A stretch of 64,000 bases of DNA, from assembly GCF_000737315.1 (NCBI RefSeq), contig NZ_JMCB01000001.1, positions 806,001-870,000 of the forward strand, read 5' to 3'. Positions 42,203 through 53,005 of the stretch are shown piece after piece; the first letter of the stretch is position 1, and the number at the start of each line of letters is the position of its first letter. Origin of the DNA: Hyalangium minutum. GTDB taxonomy: Bacteria > Myxococcota > Myxococcia > Myxococcales > Myxococcaceae. A model generated the notes under the pieces. It had not been told where the DNA came from. It did not search any database and saw only the letters and a program-made list of their open reading frames with translations. A program made the translations under genes and the position numbers.

Positions 42203-44251
42203 TCACTGGGCCTTGGCCTGCTCGTACCCTTCCAAGGTCGATCGGACGCTGGGCGCCAGCTTGTGGTTCGGTGCCAGCGTGACGAACTTGCGGTAGTGCA
42301 CCACGGCCTTGTCCCAGTTGGCCAACGCCGCGTAGGCCGCACCAGCGGCCATGTGGCACTCGGCATGGTTGGGGTCGATCTTCAGACATCGGGCGGTCTT
42401 GGTGAGTGCGGCCTCGTACTTCTTGGCCCGGATCAACCGCGCGGCCTCGGTGAAGACCGCCTTGACCTCGGCTCGGGCCGCGGGGCTCAGGGGCGTGGGA
42501 GGTGGAGGCGGCGGGTCTGGGAGCTTCGCAGGGGCTGGAGTGATTCCCAGCATCAGGGCCAGGGACTGTTCGACCTCCAGGGCGTGCTCATCGCTGGGCG
42601 CGAGGCGGAGGAAGGTCCGGTACCGCTCGGCCGCCTTCTCCTTGTCACCCTGCGCGGCGAGCGCATCCCCCGCGAGCTTCTGGCAGTCCAGGTTCTTCGA
42701 GTCGAACTCGATGCACAGGAGTGCCTCGATGCCGGCCTCCTTGTACTGCTTGCCCTCGAAGAGCTTGGCGGCCTTCTCGTAAGCAGCCTTGGCCCGCTCC
42801 TCTGGAGAGCGCTCCACCCGGACCGGCTTCTCGGGCGTGGGGTTCACCCGGGGCTTCACCCCCTCGGGAGGCTGAGGAACCGGGGTGGAGGCCATGGACG
42901 CGGCCCCCGTCGCGGGAGCGGGAACAGGAGCCCCGGCAACCCCTCCCGGCCCCAGGGGAGTCATCGAGGTGGTGGCATCCAGCCCACTCAGCTTCGGCTC
43001 TCCCATGGCGACAAAGAGGAGGATGACGGCCGCCACCGTGAGCACCGCGCCCACGCTCAGGCCCACGTACAGAGCCTTGCTCGCGGACATGGCCGCGGCG
43101 GGGACAGCCTTCGGAGGTGCCGGAGCCGGCTCCTGCGGAGCGGGCGCCAGGGGCCGGGTCGCGACCGCTGACCTCCTGGGAGACGAGGGCGGGGCGGACC
43201 GAGGCTTGGGGTTGGAGAACTCCTGCACCGGAACGTGCTCGGACGTCGAGCGCCGCCACCGGGCCATCTGCTCCAGGAACGAGCGAGGCACCTGCACCTC
43301 CCGCCCCTCAGCGGAGAGGTCCTCCTGGAACATCTTCTGCACGAAGTGGGCGATCGACATCGCCGAGAACCGCGGCTCGATGGCGTAGAGGAACGCCGTC
43401 AGCGCATCACCCAGCTCGTGGCAGGACTCCACCCGCTCGGCCTTGTTGACCGTCAGCGCGTGCAGGACGATGTCCTCGAGCTCCTCGGGCAGCTCCGGGT
43501 TGAGCTCCCGAGGGCGGGGGAACTCGCCCTTGATGAGCTTGGCCACCGCTGTGTACTGAGTGCCCTGGAACGGGAGCTTTCCGCAGAGCAGCTCGTAGAG
43601 CACGACGCCCACGGCCCACACGTCCGTCAGCGCATCGACCTGTTTGCCCCGGGCCTGCTCTGGGGAGAAGAACAGGTACTTGCCCTTCACCACGCCCGGC
43701 TCGGTGTTGAACCCCCGCAGCTCACGCGCCTTGGCGATGCCGAAGTCGACGATCTTGACCTGGCCCTCGTAGCTGATGAGCACGTTGTCCGGAGAGATGT
43801 CCCGGTGGACGATGCCCAGCAGCTTCCCCGAGTCATCCTTGCGCGTATGGGCGTAGTGCAGCCCCCGGCACATCTCGATGGCGATGAAGACGGCCACCGG
43901 GATGGGCAGCGAGTTCATCCCCGTGCGCAGGGCCCGCTTGAGGATCTTGTGCAGGGGCTGGCCGTCCACGAACTCCATGGCCAGGAAGTACTCCCCGTCC
44001 ACCCGCCCGAAGTCGTACACCTGCGCGATGTTGCCGTGCGACAGGGTGGCCGAGATGCGCGCCTCACTCACGAACATCGTGGTGAACGCATCGTCGTTGG
44101 CGTACTCCGGCAGCACCTTCTTGATGAGCACCGGCTTGGTGACACCCGCCTCGCCCACCAGCCGGGCGCGATAGGTCTCCGCCATGCCGCCCCTTCCCAG
44201 GCGCGACACCAGCTCATAGCGGCCGAACCGCGCTCCAGGTTGCAGGGTCAT
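42203..44251 (-). CDS. Membrane Ser/Thr protein kinase with C-terminal TPR repeats
   Basis: LGRGGMAE, KKVL, VHRDISPDN, DFG, KGKYLFFSPEQ, DVWAVG; TM segment; two TPR pairs. Confidence 0.93.
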   Translation of the reverse strand: MTLQPGARFGRYELVSRLGRGGMAETYRARLVGEAGVTKPVLIKKVLPEYANDDAFTTMFVSEARISATLSHGNIAQVYDFGRVDGEYFLAMEFVDGQPLHKILKRALRTGMNSLPIPVAVFIAIEMCRGLHYAHTRKDDSGKLLGIVHRDISPDNVLISYEGQVKIVDFGIAKARELRGFNTEPGVVKGKYLFFSPEQARGKQVDALTDVWAVGVVLYELLCGKLPFQGTQYTAVAKLIKGEFPRPRELNPELPEELEDIVLHALTVNKAERVESCHELGDALTAFLYAIEPRFSAMSIAHFVQKMFQEDLSAEGREVQVPRSFLEQMARWRRSTSEHVPVQEFSNPKPRSAPPSSPRRSAVATRPLAPAPQEPAPAPPKAVPAAAMSASKALYVGLSVGAVLTVAAVILLFVAMGEPKLSGLDATTSMTPLGPGGVAGAPVPAPATGAASMASTPVPQPPEGVKPRVNPTPEKPVRVERSPEERAKAAYEKAAKLFEGKQYKEAGIEALLCIEFDSKNLDCQKLAGDALAAQGDKEKAAERYRTFLRLAPSDEHALEVEQSLALMLGITPAPAKLPDPPPPPPTPLSPAARAEVKAVFTEAARLIRAKKYEAALTKTARCLKIDPNHAECHMAAGAAYAALANWDKAVVHYRKFVTLAPNHKLAPSVRSTLEGYEQAKAQ

Positions 44252-44303
44252 CCAGGCGCCATCCTACCTCCGTTGGCAAGAGCGCTGCATGCCCGCCCCG
44301 CCG

Positions 44304-44990
44304 TTACCGCTTGCTGAAGGTGTTCAGCATGTCCTGGTAGTTCTTCGCGAGATCCTCCTCGCGGGTGAGCACCAGGTCCACGTTGGCGTCCCCGTACGTG
44401 CGGCGCACCTCCGTGAGCTTCTGCAGCTCCTCGGTGCGCTCGCGCATGGCGGCCAGCTGCGGGGCCAGCTCCTCGCGCTGCTCCGGCCGCAGCTTCGCCT
44501 GCATCTCCTCCAGCTTCTTCAGCTCCTCATCGATGTGGAAGGACTGGGTCAGCTGCCGCTGGCTGATGACGGCCGTCACGATGTCCGCGATGCCGTTCAC
44601 GTCCACCTCGCTCAGCCCGGCCTCCTTGCGCGCCGCCTCCTCCGCCCGCGCCTTGCCCTCGATGAGCTTCATCGTCGCGTTGACCTCGGCCAGGTCATCC
44701 CCCTTCCCCGCGTCCCGCTTCGTCTGGGCCAGGTCCTTCAGGAGCGTCTCGTAGGCCTCCAGGAGCTTTCGCTGGTAGCCCACATACGCGTCGAGCTTCT
44801 CCTTCGTGAGCGGATACGGCCCCGGCGCGAGCTCGGCCTCCGAAGCCTCGTCTTCATCCGCCTGCTCGTCCGGGGACGGAGCCGGCGAGGGCCTTGCTGC
44901 CTGCGGGGCGGCAGGCGCTGGCTCTGCCTTCTCCTTCTTGCAGGCTGAGAAACCCAACGCCACGCACAGCACCCACAACGACCGACGCAT
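44304..44990 (-). CDS. Helical lipoprotein of unknown function
   Basis: MRRSLWVLCVALGFSAC lipobox; AGGAG upstream; coiled-coil-like body. Confidence 0.75.
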   Translation of the reverse strand: MRRSLWVLCVALGFSACKKEKAEPAPAAPQAARPSPAPSPDEQADEDEASEAELAPGPYPLTKEKLDAYVGYQRKLLEAYETLLKDLAQTKRDAGKGDDLAEVNATMKLIEGKARAEEAARKEAGLSEVDVNGIADIVTAVISQRQLTQSFHIDEELKKLEEMQAKLRPEQREELAPQLAAMRERTEELQKLTEVRRTYGDANVDLVLTREEDLAKNYQDMLNTFSKR

Positions 44991-45179
44991 GCCCACTCCT
45001 CTGGCGACGAGAACCAAGTCAAGTCAGTATATTCTCCCGACCTGCTGGGACAGGGTTCAGCGCCTCCTCGACGACCTATCGGGGGGGATCGGCATTGAAC
45101 AATCCCCGCATTACCTTTGACCAACCCAGCCAGGGTCGTGTACGAACCGCGATTCTGTGTCGTGAGCGGTGGAGGGACT

Positions 45180-45674
45180 TTGAGGATTTTCCTGGTAAGG
45201 CACGGCGATGCGGACGCGGAGATCCCCGAGGGTCTTGGCGACGAGGCGCGCGCGCTGACCGCGAAGGCCCGTAGCAATACCGCCAACCACTTCGCTTCGT
45301 TGTCGGAGCGGATGGGCCCCATCTCGCTCATCCTGACGAGCCCGTTGGTCCGCACCGTGCAAACGGCGCAGATCCTCTCGTTCTCGGTCAAGCACGAGGG
45401 CCTGCTGCGCGCCCATCGGTGCCTGCTGCCGGACATGCCGGTGGGAGCCGTGGAGCCCGTCCTCACCGAGCACGCGGACCAGAACCTCGTGCTGGTGGGG
45501 CACCAGCCGTCCATGGGAGCGCTGGCTGCTCACCTGCTGGGCATGCAGTCGTTCCCCAAGCCGGTGAACCCGGGCACCGTCATTGGCCTGGAGCGCACCG
45601 AGGGCGAGAACCCCGGCCTGAAGTTCCTTTTCTACGCGGCTCCGGGCCAGCAGGTGGTCGACGTCATCCAGTGA
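45180..45674 (+). CDS. sixA: Phosphohistidine phosphatase SixA
   Basis: FLVRHGDA (RHG), LTSPLVRTVQTA, LVGHQP; TTG start behind GGAGG. Confidence 0.85.
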   Translation: MRIFLVRHGDADAEIPEGLGDEARALTAKARSNTANHFASLSERMGPISLILTSPLVRTVQTAQILSFSVKHEGLLRAHRCLLPDMPVGAVEPVLTEHADQNLVLVGHQPSMGALAAHLLGMQSFPKPVNPGTVIGLERTEGENPGLKFLFYAAPGQQVVDVIQ

Positions 45675-46006
45675 TGATGGACGAGTCCCTCTACAACCAG
45701 CGTGTCGCCGCGGTCTTCAAGCGCATGCTGGCCGCCGCGGACCAGCTGGATCCGGACGTGCTCGAGGCCGACAGCACAGGGGACATGCTCACCCTCACCG
45801 CTCGCTCGCGGGAGAAGTGCATCGTCAACACCCAGCGGGCCGTGCGGCAGATCTGGGTGGCGGGCAAGTCCCAGGGCATCCACTTCTCGTACGACGAGGC
45901 CTCCGGCACCTGGAAGGACGACAAGGGCAAGGGGCTGGAGCTGTTCTCCTTCGTCGCGGACGTGGTGAGCGAGCTCAGCGGCGAGCCCTTCACCTACCCG
46001 TCCTGA
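45674..46006 (+). CDS. cyaY: Iron donor protein CyaY (frataxin)
   Basis: MDESLY, acidic helix, GDMLTL, IVNTQRAVRQIWVA...GIHFSY; TGATG overlap with sixA. Confidence 0.85.
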   Translation: MMDESLYNQRVAAVFKRMLAAADQLDPDVLEADSTGDMLTLTARSREKCIVNTQRAVRQIWVAGKSQGIHFSYDEASGTWKDDKGKGLELFSFVADVVSELSGEPFTYPS

Positions 46007-46012
46007 GCGGGC

Positions 46013-46981
46013 TCAGTCCTCGGAGGGCTCCTCCTCCTCGGAGGGAACCTCGCGCTCGATGAAGCTCACCCGGTCGCCGCCCTCGGCTTGGGCCTTGCGC
46101 AGCGCCTCGTTGGCATCCTTCATCAGATTGCCGAAGCTCACCTGCGTCTGCCCTCGCACGGGCGAGGGCTCGAAGACGGACAGCCCCATGGACACGGTCA
46201 TGTTCGGCAGGCGAGCCAGCGTCCTCACGCGCTGACGCATGCGCTCGGCCACCACCATCGCGCCCACCCTGGGGGTGTGGGGGAAGAAGGCGACGAAGCG
46301 GCCCTCGGTGGTGGGGACGATGACGTCGATGTCCCGCACCCCACCCGAGAGCAACCCCAGCATCTCCGCCAGCAGCGTGGTGCGCTGCGAGGAGCCCAGC
46401 TGAGCGGTGCGCTCGGACAAGTGGTCCAGCTCCATCAGCAGCAGGGCGATGGGGTAGCGGTAGCGCCGGCTGCGCTTCACCTCCATCAACAGCAGCCGCT
46501 TGAGAAAGTCGAAGTCCGGAGAGGACGGACCCTCCAGCCCGAACCGGCGGGCCGCCGCGTCATCAGACTCCGGAGCCGGAGCCGGAGCTGGAGCCTGGGT
46601 GGAGCGGGTGGCGGCACGGGTGTCGGCGAGCTGGAGCATCAGCCCCACGCACGTCACCAGGGTGGTGCGCTTGAGGGGGCCCACCAGACAGGCATCCGCG
46701 CCCGCGGCGGTGGCGCGCTCCTCGGGGTTCTCCTCCTCGGGCATGTAGAGCAGGAGCACCGGCAGCTCCGGCGCCTCCTGCTTCACCTCCCGGCACAGCG
46801 TCTCGCCGTCCAGGGAGTCGGACAGCGAGGTCAGCAGCACCTCCGGGGGACTGGTGCGGACCTCCCGGAGCGCCTCCGCCGCCGTGCTGACGACAATCAC
46901 GGCATAATTGGCGCTCTCCAAGAACCTGCGCAGGGCTGTAGCGACAGGGATGGCGGGTTCGGCGATGAGAACGGAGCGCAT
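46013..46981 (-). CDS. Pseudo-receiver plus degenerate GGDEF-domain protein
   Basis: REC-like N-terminus with VLLTS in place of the phospho-Asp; LLMEVKRSRRYRYPIALLLMELD; RDID I-site; TTEGRF replaces GGDEF. Confidence 0.8.
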   Translation of the reverse strand: MRSVLIAEPAIPVATALRRFLESANYAVIVVSTAAEALREVRTSPPEVLLTSLSDSLDGETLCREVKQEAPELPVLLLYMPEEENPEERATAAGADACLVGPLKRTTLVTCVGLMLQLADTRAATRSTQAPAPAPAPESDDAAARRFGLEGPSSPDFDFLKRLLLMEVKRSRRYRYPIALLLMELDHLSERTAQLGSSQRTTLLAEMLGLLSGGVRDIDVIVPTTEGRFVAFFPHTPRVGAMVVAERMRQRVRTLARLPNMTVSMGLSVFEPSPVRGQTQVSFGNLMKDANEALRKAQAEGGDRVSFIEREVPSEEEEPSED

Positions 46982-47003
46982 ACGGGGCTATTAAAGCCCC
47001 AAA

Positions 47004-47567
47004 TCAGACCGACATGACCTCCTTTTCCTTCGCGGCGACGATCTTGTCGACCTCGGCCACGCCCGCGTCGGTCTCCTTCTGCACCTTCTCCTCGAGGCGC
47101 TTCTTGTCGTCCTCGGTGATCTTCTTGTCCTTGAGCTGGGTCTTGATGAGCTCGTTGGCGTCGCGGCGGATGTTGCGCACGGCGACCTTGTGCTCCTCGC
47201 CCTTGGACTTCACCTGCTTGGCGATCTCCTTGCGGCGCTCCTCGGTCAGCGCCGGGAACGGCAGGCGGATGAGCTCGCCGTCGTTCATCGGGTTGATGCC
47301 GAGGTTGGCCTCGCGAATGGCCTTCTCGATGTCCTTCAGCACGCTCTTGTCCCACGGCTTGATGGTGATGAGCCGGGGCTCCGGGGCGTTCACGCTGGCC
47401 ACGCCGCTCAACGGAGTGGGCGTGCCATAGAAGTCCACGCGGATGCCATCGAGGATGCTGGTGCTGGCGCGCCCGGTGCGCACCTTGCCCAGCTCCTTCT
47501 TGAGATCATCGAGCGTCTTGTCGATACGGGACTTCAGCTGCGTAACGACTTCATCGCCATTCGCCAT
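47004..47567 (-). CDS. frr: Ribosome recycling factor
   Basis: VRTGRAS, IKPWDKS, NPMNDG, LTEERRKE, VRNIRRDA. Confidence 0.97.
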   Translation of the reverse strand: MANGDEVVTQLKSRIDKTLDDLKKELGKVRTGRASTSILDGIRVDFYGTPTPLSGVASVNAPEPRLITIKPWDKSVLKDIEKAIREANLGINPMNDGELIRLPFPALTEERRKEIAKQVKSKGEEHKVAVRNIRRDANELIKTQLKDKKITEDDKKRLEEKVQKETDAGVAEVDKIVAAKEKEVMSV

Positions 47568-47598
47568 TGTGTGCTCCTTCGGAAGGAGAAGAAGAGTT

Positions 47599-48348
47599 TC
47601 AGGCCCAGACCGTCTCGGAGGCGCCCACCACTGTACCGATATCCCCGTTGCCGAGCACGGCCCGGCCGATGTTGCCGCGGGCCGTCAGGTCGAACACGAC
47701 GATGGGCAGCTTGTTGTCCATGCACAGCGAGATGGCCGTGGAGTCCATCACGTTGAGGTTCTGCCTGAGCACGTCCATGTACGTCAGCGAGCGGTAGCGC
47801 TTCGCCGTGGAGTCTTTCTTGGGGTCCGCGTTGTACACGCCGTCCACCTTGGTGGCCTTGAGAATCACCTCGGCGTTGATCTCCATGGCGCGCAGGCTGG
47901 CCGCGGTGTCCGTGGTGAAGTACGGGTTGCCCGTGCCGGCGGCGAAGATGACCACGCGCCCCTTCTCCAGGTGGCGCACGGCGCGGCGGCGGATGTAGGG
48001 CTCGGCAATCTGCTCCATCTTGATGGCCGACAGCACCCGGGTGAAGACGCCCTGCTTCTCCAGCGCATCCTGCATGGCCATGGAGTTGATGCAGGTGGCG
48101 AGCATGCCCATGTAGTCGGCGCTCGCGCGGTCCATGCCCTCGGTGGCGCCAGCCACGCCGCGGAAGATGTTGCCGCCGCCAATGACGACGGCCAGCTCCA
48201 CACCGGCCTCGACCACCTCTTTCACCTCGCTGGCAATGCGGGTGAGCGTGGGCGGATGGATGCCGTACTTCCCATCGCCCATGAGGGCCTCGCCGGAGAG
48301 CTTGAGGAGCACGCGCTTGTAACGGAGGGAGCGGGTCGGTTCAGACAT
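47599..48348 (-). CDS. pyrH: Uridylate kinase
   Basis: [50 protein letters not shown]. Confidence 0.97.
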   Translation of the reverse strand: MSEPTRSLRYKRVLLKLSGEALMGDGKYGIHPPTLTRIASEVKEVVEAGVELAVVIGGGNIFRGVAGATEGMDRASADYMGMLATCINSMAMQDALEKQGVFTRVLSAIKMEQIAEPYIRRRAVRHLEKGRVVIFAAGTGNPYFTTDTAASLRAMEINAEVILKATKVDGVYNADPKKDSTAKRYRSLTYMDVLRQNLNVMDSTAISLCMDNKLPIVVFDLTARGNIGRAVLGNGDIGTVVGASETVWA

Positions 48349-48542
48349 GCGGCTCTGCTCATATCCCCCACCCCGCCCCCGATCAACGTCCGCGTCGCTC
48401 TGGAGGTGCGCCACCGTCTCCCGTCAACGCTCCGGCCGGGCCGCCGGTGCAGGCCCCGGAAAACGCGAAGGGCCGCAGCCCCAGGCCCGAAAGGGAACCT
48501 GGAACACGCGGCCCTCGTCAGCCCAGAGGGCTGGCGGCGCGG

Positions 48543-49199
48543 CTAGGCCTGGGTGCCCAGCGTCTTGGCGACCTCGGCGGCCAGGTCATCCTTCTTCTTC
48601 TCGATGCCCTCGCCCACCACGAAGCGCGCGAAGCGGCGGATGGAGACCTTCTCGCCGATCTTCGCGGCGCGCTCGGTGACCATCTCGCCCACCTTCTTCT
48701 TGTCGTCCTTCACCCAGAGCTGGTCCACCAGGCAGACCGTCTCGTAGTACTTCTCGATCTTGCCCACGAGGATCTTGTCCCACATGGCCTCAGGCTTCTT
48801 CTGCTCCTTCAACTGAGCGCGCTGGATCTCCTTCTCCTTCTCCAGCACGTCCGCGGGGATCTCCTCACGGCGCACGTACTGCGGGCTGGCGGCGGCCACC
48901 TGCATGGCGATCTCGCGGCCCAGATCCTGGAAGTCCTCGTTGCGAGCCACGAAGTCCGTCTCGCAGTTGATCTCCACCATCACGCCGATGCGGCCACCGT
49001 GGACGTAGGTGGCGATGACGCCCTCGGCCGCCACGCGGTCCGCCTTACCCGCGGCGCGGGCGATGCCCTTCTTGCGCAGCCACTCCTCGGCCTTGGTGAA
49101 GTCACCGCCGGTCTCGGCGAGCGCCTTCTTGCAGTCCATCATGCCCGCGCCGGTCTTCTCGCGGAGTTCCTTCACCATCGAGGCGCTGACCTCGGCCAT
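48543..49199 (-). CDS. tsf: Elongation factor Ts
   Basis: VKELREKTGAGMMDCKKAL, EINCETDFVARN, IRRFARF. Confidence 0.97.
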   Translation of the reverse strand: MAEVSASMVKELREKTGAGMMDCKKALAETGGDFTKAEEWLRKKGIARAAGKADRVAAEGVIATYVHGGRIGVMVEINCETDFVARNEDFQDLGREIAMQVAAASPQYVRREEIPADVLEKEKEIQRAQLKEQKKPEAMWDKILVGKIEKYYETVCLVDQLWVKDDKKKVGEMVTERAAKIGEKVSIRRFARFVVGEGIEKKKDDLAAEVAKTLGTQA

Positions 49200-49332
49200 G
49201 TTCGTCTCCAGACCCCGCGAGCGCAGTGCGCCCCGCGAGGTGTTGTGCAGGTACTTCGGTTGGGGAAATGCAAAGGCCGGGTGGTGAGCACCACCCGGCC
49301 GACTTCACGGACTGATACGCGGGAGCGCGGGC

Positions 49333-50325
<993 letters not shown>

Positions 50326-50337
50326 GTTTGCTTCTCC

Positions 50338-50418
50338 GGTTGTGTCCGCCACGTCCGATGGAAACCCCGGCCGTTTGCTCCTGAAAGCAGAGCACCGGTT
50401 GCCGGCACGAACGTGTGA
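50338..50418 (-). ncRNA. Probable rpsB 5' leader (S2/t44-like autoregulatory RNA)
   Basis: Minus strand CACACGTTCG...CGGACGTGGCGG...CAACC closes a stem just upstream of the rpsB Shine-Dalgarno, resembling the known rpsB leader. Confidence 0.5.
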
Positions 50419-50716
50419 GTAGTGGGTGATGCTTCCTACCGCCCCGGGGAGGCCCCAGGGCGGGGGGGTCCTTAACAAAACCCCTCGGGAGTTCGCAAGC
50501 TTTCACCGTTGGCGGATGCAGCGTGCGCTCCGCCGAAGCCTGTCTCCCTGCTCAGCAGCCTCTTCCCGCTTCAGCTCGTGCCGGGTCTTCAAAGACCCAG
50601 CGCGGGAGCGCCAGTTCTTTCTGGGCTTGCTGAGAATTACTTACAGCGGCTCTGTTTGCTTTCAGTGATAACGGTAGAGCGAGGCGAGCGAGCAGCCTAT
50701 CGCACGTCTCCCTCCT

Positions 50717-51289
50717 ATGGAGATCCCTATGTTCGCCCATTGCATCCACAACAAAAGTTTCCGTTATCACCGAGGCGTGCTGTTGAGCGTGTCTGTCGCT
50801 GTCACGCTGTGGGCCCAGGCCCCCGCGCTGGCGATGCCGATCGCGGACACCGAGGCCCAGGAAAGCCTCGCTCCCAACGCACCACCGCCCGTGCTCGGCA
50901 CCGTGCAGCCCGGCGAGATGCTGGTGTACTCGCCGAAGAAGAAGGTGAACCTGTCGACGCTGGTCCCTCTCGGCCCGCCAGAGGCGCTGGGCGGGCAGGT
51001 GCTCAAGGGTCACCCCTTGCTGTTTGGCCGGACCGACTTTGCAGAGGGCCCCATGCGGGGCGGCCTCTTCATGGCCACCCGAGGGCTGATCCGCGTCACT
51101 TTCCCGTTCACCGAGCACGCCACCATCATCGAGGGCTCGGTCACGCTCACGGACGAGCGAGGCCGGACGCACACCTTCAAGGAGGGCGACAGCTACTTCA
51201 TCCGCCAGGGCTCGGTCATCCTCTGGGACGTGAAGGGCGCGTACGTCATCAAGAGCTTCTTCAACGTCACGGAGCCCACGACGCCTTGA
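50717..51289 (+). CDS. EutQ/DUF861-like cupin with signal-like N-terminus
   Basis: GLFMATRG...FPFTEHATIIEGSVTLTDERG...FKEGDSYFIRQG...WDV...KSF; hydrophobic stretch ending APALA. Start uncertain. Confidence 0.7.
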   Translation: MEIPMFAHCIHNKSFRYHRGVLLSVSVAVTLWAQAPALAMPIADTEAQESLAPNAPPPVLGTVQPGEMLVYSPKKKVNLSTLVPLGPPEALGGQVLKGHPLLFGRTDFAEGPMRGGLFMATRGLIRVTFPFTEHATIIEGSVTLTDERGRTHTFKEGDSYFIRQGSVILWDVKGAYVIKSFFNVTEPTTP

Positions 51290-51341
51290 GGAGGCTCGAA
51301 ACCTGGCGCGAGCCCGGGGAAGCCTCAGGCGGAACCGGAGC

Positions 51342-52937
51342 TCACGCCAGGGGCTTGGCGGCGGGCGCTGAGCCTTCCTCGGCGGGCGGGGCGTCGATGG
51401 TCCGGATCGGACCGGTGAACCAGCGCCGAGCGGAGGCGTACCACCAGACCGTGATGGCCAGCAGCACGCCGCCCGCGAGGATCGGCGCGTAGTTCACGTC
51501 GTACCAGGTGAAGTTCTCGGTGAACGGCACCGCGGACGGCACGAATGGCAGGCAGAAGTAGACCGAGATGATGGCGATCTCCGCCACTGCCACCGTGCAC
51601 ATCCACTTGTAGTGCCGGCCCAGCGTCCAGGGCCCGGGCCTGAAGTTCTCCCCTGCCTTCAGGCGCAGGTAGATGGGGATGAGGAAGGCCAGGTACAGCC
51701 CGATCACCGCGATGGACACCACCGCGTAGAAGGCCACCGGGATGCCCGCCGGGCTCTTGTAGAGCGCGGGCAGGGTGATGAGCACGGCGACGATCGAGGA
51801 CACGAGCACCGCGTTCACCGGCACGTGGGTCTTCGAGTTGACCTTGCTCCACAGCTGGCTGCCGGGCACGGCGCGATCGCGGCTGAAGGCGAACAGCATC
51901 CGCGAGGTGCTCGTCATGCAGGCGATGGCGCAGAAGACCTGGCCCACCGTGGAGATCAGCATGACCACCTTGAACATGGCGGCCGGCAGCGCCGAGGCGA
52001 AGACCGCGGTGACCTGCCCGGCCCCATAGCCGTTGGCCGGATCGTTGATGAACTTCGTGTCCTTGGCGACGAACAAGAAGGACAGGAGCAGGATCCACCC
52101 GCCGATCGCCGAGTAGAAGATCGACTGCCAGATGCCTCGGGCCGCCGTCAGGGCCGCGCCCTGCGTCTCCTCGGACAGGTGGGCAGAGGCGTCAAAGCCG
52201 GTGATGGTGTACTGCGTGAGCAGGAAGCCCAGCGGCAGCACGTACCACCAATAGGTGCTGTCGGAGAACCCGGAGTTGTTGATGCGCTCGGTGAAGACGA
52301 ACGCGGGCGTCTGGTACTCCTTGGCGGTGAGCAGGACGACCAGCACGACCGCTGCCGAGCCGAACACGTGCCAGTAGGCGGAGATGTTGTTGACCACCGC
52401 CAGCAGGTGCGAGCTGAAGATGTTGAGCAGCGCCACCACCACCATGAGGGCGATGAACAGCGCGAACGTTTGGAGCAGCGCATCGCCGCCGAGCACTGAG
52501 CTCCACCCGGCGAAGAACAGGCCCAGGGTGATGCTCATGAAGCCGGCGCAGGCGTAGACCACCGAGGCGGTGACGGCCACGAGCCCAATCAGGTTGAGCC
52601 AACCGGTGTAGAAGCCAGCGCGAGCCCCTCCCAGCTTTGCCGCCCACCAGTAGATGCCACCGGCCGTGGGGAATGCCGAGACCAGCTCGGACATGCACAG
52701 GCCAATGACCATGATGAACGCGGAGATGAGCGGCCAGCCCCAGGAGATGGCAATGGGGCCGCCGTTGTTCCACGCCTGAGCGAAGGTGGTGAAGCACCCG
52801 GCCAGGATCGAGATGATCGAGAAGGAGATGGCGAAGTTGGAGAAGCCGGACCAGGTCCGGCGAAGCTCCTGCTTGTAGCCGAGCTCGGCCAGCCTTCGCT
52901 CATCATCACTGTGCGTCGGGGGGTGGGCATCAGCCAC
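51342..52937 (-). CDS. APC-superfamily amino acid/polyamine permease
   Basis: LAELGYKQELRR, FSNFAISFS, ELVSAFPTAGGIY, GFDASAHLSEET, SRMLFAFSRD; GTG start behind AGGAGG. Confidence 0.92.
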   Translation of the reverse strand: MADAHPPTHSDDERRLAELGYKQELRRTWSGFSNFAISFSIISILAGCFTTFAQAWNNGGPIAISWGWPLISAFIMVIGLCMSELVSAFPTAGGIYWWAAKLGGARAGFYTGWLNLIGLVAVTASVVYACAGFMSITLGLFFAGWSSVLGGDALLQTFALFIALMVVVALLNIFSSHLLAVVNNISAYWHVFGSAAVVLVVLLTAKEYQTPAFVFTERINNSGFSDSTYWWYVLPLGFLLTQYTITGFDASAHLSEETQGAALTAARGIWQSIFYSAIGGWILLLSFLFVAKDTKFINDPANGYGAGQVTAVFASALPAAMFKVVMLISTVGQVFCAIACMTSTSRMLFAFSRDRAVPGSQLWSKVNSKTHVPVNAVLVSSIVAVLITLPALYKSPAGIPVAFYAVVSIAVIGLYLAFLIPIYLRLKAGENFRPGPWTLGRHYKWMCTVAVAEIAIISVYFCLPFVPSAVPFTENFTWYDVNYAPILAGGVLLAITVWWYASARRWFTGPIRTIDAPPAEEGSAPAAKPLA

Positions 52938-53005
52938 AGGAATCCTCCTCACGGCGAGCTGGCGGATCCGCTGCGTCTTCGGCGGACGCACGGTTATAGC
53001 GAGCG

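Noticed and set aside
44273-44288. Sigma-54-like GG-N10-GC (TGGCAAGAGCGCTGCA)
   Set aside because: It points into a gene on the opposite strand, with no plus-strand gene start nearby.
48543-49199. Short (218-aa) EF-Ts as a truncation or pseudogene
   Set aside because: Short EF-Ts forms are a normal variant in several phyla, and the ORF is intact.
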